This document shows, piece by piece, positions 32,325-64,000 of a stretch of DNA of 64,000 nucleotides. Under the pieces are notes generated by a model that worked only from the letters and a program-made list of their open reading frames with translations, made no database searches and was not told where the DNA came from. The translations under genes were made by a program, and so were the position numbers. The stretch is from NCBI GenBank assembly GCA_033442325.1, contig JAWQFM010000036.1, positions 466,943 to 530,942 of the forward strand, given 5' to 3'. The first letter of the stretch is position 1. Every line of letters starts with the position of its first letter. The DNA is from Salpingoeca rosetta. Lineage: Eukaryota; Protista; Choanoflagellata.

Positions 32325-32645
32325 CTTTGCCTGTCGCACTGTCGTTCCGTTGAGGCTGAATTAATGCTTGGTGTCTGCAAACACCACAAAGCGTAGTGTT
32401 GTGCGGATGACATCATGTTGGTTGCGCAACGTCGCGATGAACGGCAAGGATGGCGCCGCCCACTTCCTCTTCTGGAAAGGCACAACAGCCACATAGCAGA
32501 GGCGGTGATGTCATTCCGACAATCAGAGGAAAACAAGACTCCGCTCTGCCTGTGACAGCCGGGGTTGCCACACACAGTGTACACGCCAGAATTCCATTTA
32601 TTACTTTCACCTCACACGACTTGATCAACCTCACGCAACACGACG

Positions 32646-34505
32646 ATGAAGCTCGCAATCGCCCTCGCCCTCCTGGCCTGCGTGTGAGTTGAGAAGCAAG
32701 ATGGGTAGGAGGTGGTTCTGTGCATGAGTGTGTGTGTGTGTGTGTGAATGCAATTGTATGTGTGTGTGTGTCTGTCTGAGTGTCTGTGTGTGCCTGCGAA
32801 GAAGGGGTTGGATTTTCTAATTGCTCCCTCCCAACACTCGCTTGGCTCACACACGCCACGCCCCTTTCCCCTCCCATGAACTCACGCCTATTGACTTTTA
32901 ACTCCTCCTCCCCTTCCGCCTCACACACACACACACACGCACACACACACACGCACACACACGCGCGCGCGCAGGGCTGTGGCATCAGCTCAGACCTGCT
33001 CATCCCAAGGCGTCACGGACCAGTCCTCTTGCGACGCCAAGTGCGGCGGCCGCACCAACTGTGCATGCTCGTACCTCCTGAGCTCCTGCGGCTGCGCCGC
33101 GGCAGACGGCTTCTCCTTCAGCTGCACAGACTTGAGCGGCGGCAACGACGACTTCTTTGGTGGCGATGACGACTTCGGCGGCTCCGACTTTGCCAACTGC
33201 GGCGACGATGGTGTGACCGACGAGGCATCCTGCGACGCCCAGTGCGGTAGCCATAGCAACTGCTTCTGCTCATTTACCGAAGTCCTGGGCGTGCAGGGCT
33301 GCTCCTGCGGAGCCGCTGATGGCTTCTCGTACACTTGCAGCTCCACTTCCGTTGGCGGTGATAATGATGACTCTGCCGTCCCACCCACAAGCCTCATTAA
33401 GAGCACGCTCACGGCTGTGCTTGGCCAGGAGTGCGCCGCGCCCCTCGATAGGGCCCTGACGAGCAGCTTCGTCAAGTGCGTGGTGGAGGACAACGCGGCC
33501 CTTGATGCGCTCGAGAACGACGAGGACGCGATCATGAACCCCACCAAGCTCAGTAACATCTGCAGCAACAAGTGCATTGGCGAGATGTTCAGGGCCGTCG
33601 ACATCCTCAACTCCACCGGTTGCGGCACCGTCCCGGAGAGTGCCATCGCCAACGACCCCACCGGCATCATCGAAGGCTTCTTTGGAATCATGATGCTGAA
33701 GGACTACATGGGCGCTGTTGGCCTCGCCTGCACCCAGGGCAACGGCGTGTTCTGCGGCAGCCTCATGCCCGTGTTTGACTTGCTCATGACCGACCCTACC
33801 AACTTTGGTGCAGCACAGTGCCAGACGATTGTTGGCGCCGGCAAGTGCCTCGGCAGCTACCGCGCCTTCCTCGAGGTGCGTGTGTGCTTGTGGCGCAGTG
33901 GTTTGTGTAATGGGACAATTGTCGATCTCTTCACGAGCGTTTCAATTTGTTGTTTCAATTTGCAGACATCATGCTTGTGCGAACTGACACTTGCACCCGC
34001 ACGCATTCGACATTGTTGAACTCAACCGCCACCGCTCATCACACCCTACCCTTGTTTGGCGCGTGCGCATGAATAACCAGGCTGATCCCACGGGCCTGAG
34101 CGATGATGATGAGCCCATTGACCCCGACATGGTTCTCTCCGCCCTGGAGAGCGTCTGCACTGCCGCTGGTGTCACTGGCATCACGGAGGCCGCTGCTGGC
34201 ACCGAGGCCCCGTCCTCCCTCGCCTCCAGCTCCGGTATGGTGTGACTGTGTGCTCATCTTATTTTGCATGTTGTTGTTGTTGTTGTTTGTATTTGTCGTC
34301 GTCGTTGAATGTGATGGCGTGTGCAATTGCGTGCATGAACGACTGTGTCTTGTCTTGCGTGCGTGTACTGGTGCTTGCCGGCGCAACATTCCCCTCACAA
34401 CGTCATCCTCCCCAATTGTCTCCTTGCCCAAACACTGCAGCCACCACCGTGTCTGGTGTCGTCGCTGCGGTCGCCGCCGCTGCTGTTGCCGCCATCCTGG
34501 CCTAA
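32646..34505 (+). CDS. Probable GPI-anchored cell-surface protein with two tandem 8-Cys repeats and a Cys-rich helical domain; 4 exons
   Basis: Signal MKLAIALALLAC|VAVASA; exons at about 32646-32683, 32975-33875, 34081-34234, 34441-34505; C-terminus SSLASSSATTVSGVVAAVAAAAVAAILA* has no cytoplasmic tail. Confidence 0.85.
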
Positions 34506-35011
34506 GCAGCGCCACTGGAAATGCACATGTGCACACACCATGGACAACCACGACCGAACTGACGCACAAGTCTCCTTGTTGCTCGCCCCCCTCTCGTGGT
34601 TGCCACTATTGCTTTCTCTTTCCATCTCCTCCTCTCTTCCACCTCTGCCCTTGGCTCGCCCTCGGCCATCCCTTCAACACTTGAAACTTGTACACTCAAC
34701 GCATGTCGATTTGTGTTGTGAGGCCTGGTGCATGTGTTTGTTGTTTGTACTCAATGCGGCGCTGTTGTGTTCCTTGGCCCCTTCACCCCCACGTCGATGA
34801 CGGTATGGTGATTGTGGTGCGGACAGAGCAAGCAGTACACGGGAACGGCCAATCACCACGGTGAGCAGTCTACTGAAAAAGAAACGAACGAACGAAACAA
34901 GGACAGAAAGTGACGGAGTGGAAACACAACGGCAAAGATTGAACAAAATGAAGCTTTGGGAAGACAGTGGCAAGCTGGCAAGCTGGCATGTTGTTTGCTG
35001 TAAGTGTGCAG

Positions 35012-57385
<22,374 letters not shown>

Positions 57386-58043
57386 GGCGACTGTGCAGGT
57401 GGACGTGTGGACGACACTTGAGGTGCGGGCAGTCAATCGAACACCCGCCTTGCACACACTTGCGTTGTGACACCAGCTGGAAACCGGTGTGTGTGGGTGT
57501 GGGTCTGTTGCGCTGGTTGTCGCTGCTGTTGGTAATTCAAGTGTCAGTGGACACGGAAATCAAAACATAAAGCGAAACACAACCACGAACGAGCGGATGT
57601 GAGCTGCGGTTCTCGCTCGAGGGGGAAAAAAGGAGAAGACGGCTGAGGCGAGATGGGTGATCAAGGCTGGAGGGCAGAGGGTCTCTCCACAGCAGAGGAA
57701 GAACAAGGCAAGACAAGCAGAGGAAGAACACAGGCAAGCAAGCAGCGGACAAGCGAGGAGCAGAGACACCAAAACATCGCTTCCTTTCTCACACAGCATC
57801 TTGCCTTTCTTGCCTTTTCGTTGGTGGAGCGCTGCTGTGAGTCATTCGCAGGCTGCCAAATGCGAGATTTTCTGCATTTGAAGGTGTCAGCACAAATTGC
57901 TCTGAACGCATTGTGGAGGATTAGTCGGTATCTTTTAACAATTTTCAGCACGACAAAGGACAGCCAACGACGAACGACGAGAGCAAACGCCCCAAGAAGC
58001 AGAGGACACCCACCTGCTTGTGTGTGTGTGTGTGTGTGTGTGT

Positions 58044-62847
<4,804 letters not shown>

Positions 62848-63116
62848 CGCGCCGCCACAACAGACACCCAACAAACGCTTGTTTTGAACACTTTCTTGTT
62901 GTCTTGTATTGCAGTGTGCCGACTTCGTGCATTCCCCACACTGTTACACACACACACACACTCACACACGCACAAGCACACTCACACACTCACAAGCACA
63001 CACACACGCACAAGCACACACACACACACACTCACTCACAAGCACACACACACGCACACCACGTCTTTGTCTAGTTGATTATTATGGATATTGTACATAA
63101 ACTTCTGCAAACTTGC

Positions 63117-63318
63117 GTTGCCAAGCTGTTGTGTTGGGAGCGCGCTGACGAAGAGAAGAAGAGGCCAAACACCACACCATACACAGCGCACACAACATCC
63201 GTCCATCCATCCAAGTATCCGTCCTTTCCTTTCCATCACAGGCACATACATCCCTTGCTTGCCGTCATTACTGCTGTTGCCGTGGTTGCTTTGCTCCAGT
63301 GACATACCACATAGCAAC
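63117..63318. promoter_or_regulatory. Cluster of RFX X-box-like sites upstream of the putative ciliary gene
   Basis: GTTGCCAAG at 63117, GTTGCCGTGGTTGC at 63276-63289, CATAGCAAC (reverse complement GTTGCTATG) at 63310-63318, all 110-310 bp upstream of the ATG at 63426. Confidence 0.45.
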
Positions 63319-63425
63319 AGCAATACCGAAACCAAAACAAACGCACGCACATCCACCCATCCAAGTATCCATCCACCCCCCCCCTCCCCAGCACTACTTG
63401 ATCAGACAACAGCAACCACGCCATC

Positions 63426-64000
63426 ATGGCCGGACGGTATGTGCGAGGGCCGGGCGTCGGGTCCGTGGCGCGCGTCGTCTCGAACACGCGCCGAAAGGGC
63501 AAAGGCCCAGAAGCACGCAGCGGTATTGACCGTCGCCGTGCGTTGGAGGCGCGCGTGCAAGCGGCGGAACAGGACATCACCGCCCACAAGGAAACCTTGT
63601 ACAAGGTGCGACATGGTTGTATGACTGACTGTATGAGCGAGGGAAAGAGGTGGGGCGAGGAGGGAACTTGCGGTGGAAAGCTGTGCGGGGAGCGGGAGAT
63701 GCACGAAAAGAGGGGATGACTGGATGATCAGGCTGCACAGGATGGTTGGTTGGCCCTCCCCCCCCCCCCCCCAAACACACACACACACACACTCACGCAA
63801 AACATTCACATGTGGTAGGAGCGGTGGGTTGAGCGCACGACGCGCAAGGCCAAGGCCAAGGCTGCGGAGATGCGCATGCAGGAGATCCTCGACGAAGAAC
63901 AGCAAGAACTAGAGCGGCGCCGTGCAAAGTGGGTCGCGGAGGTGGTGGTGGTGGTGATTGCTGAGGTGATGATTGATTGTTCAGGTGATTGCGGTGATTG
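63426..64000 (+). CDS. CFAP53: 5' part of a coiled-coil protein, probably CFAP53/CCDC11 (trichoplein/TPH family); runs off the window
   Basis: Exons at about 63426-63605 and 63819-63928: RYVRGPG..RKGKGPEAR..|ERWVERTTRK..ILDEEQQELERRRAK, resembling the CFAP53 N-terminus as I recall it (REVKGP..KGQG..EW..IEERRNKL). Confidence 0.55.

Overview
Eukaryotic, very intron-dense and microsatellite-rich DNA. The composition and gene content fit a choanoflagellate such as Salpingoeca rosetta, but the species is inferred, not verified. Most ORF-track entries are microsatellite noise; genes were reconstructed by hand from GT-AG splice phases, so exon boundaries are approximate. Genes in order: single-exon orphan ORF (+); bacterial-type class I pyridine nucleotide-disulfide oxidoreductase with a GC-AG intron (-); secreted coiled-coil protein with a fibrinogen-like head (-), head-to-head with a large Thr-rich mucin-like protein (+, interrupted by gaps and a probably artefactual duplication); an L-lactate dehydrogenase lacking its 3' two-thirds (-); a nearly intronless secreted GH31 hydrolase with a PAN/apple module (-), head-to-head with a GPI-anchored Cys-repeat protein (+); a 22-kb RME-8/DNAJC13 gene (-), head-to-head with an SSUH2 homolog (+); and the 5' end of a probable CFAP53 ciliary gene with RFX X-box-like motifs upstream. 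The most striking non-coding pattern is that many introns carry G/T repeats near the donor and complementary A/C repeats near the acceptor, which suggests structure-assisted splicing.
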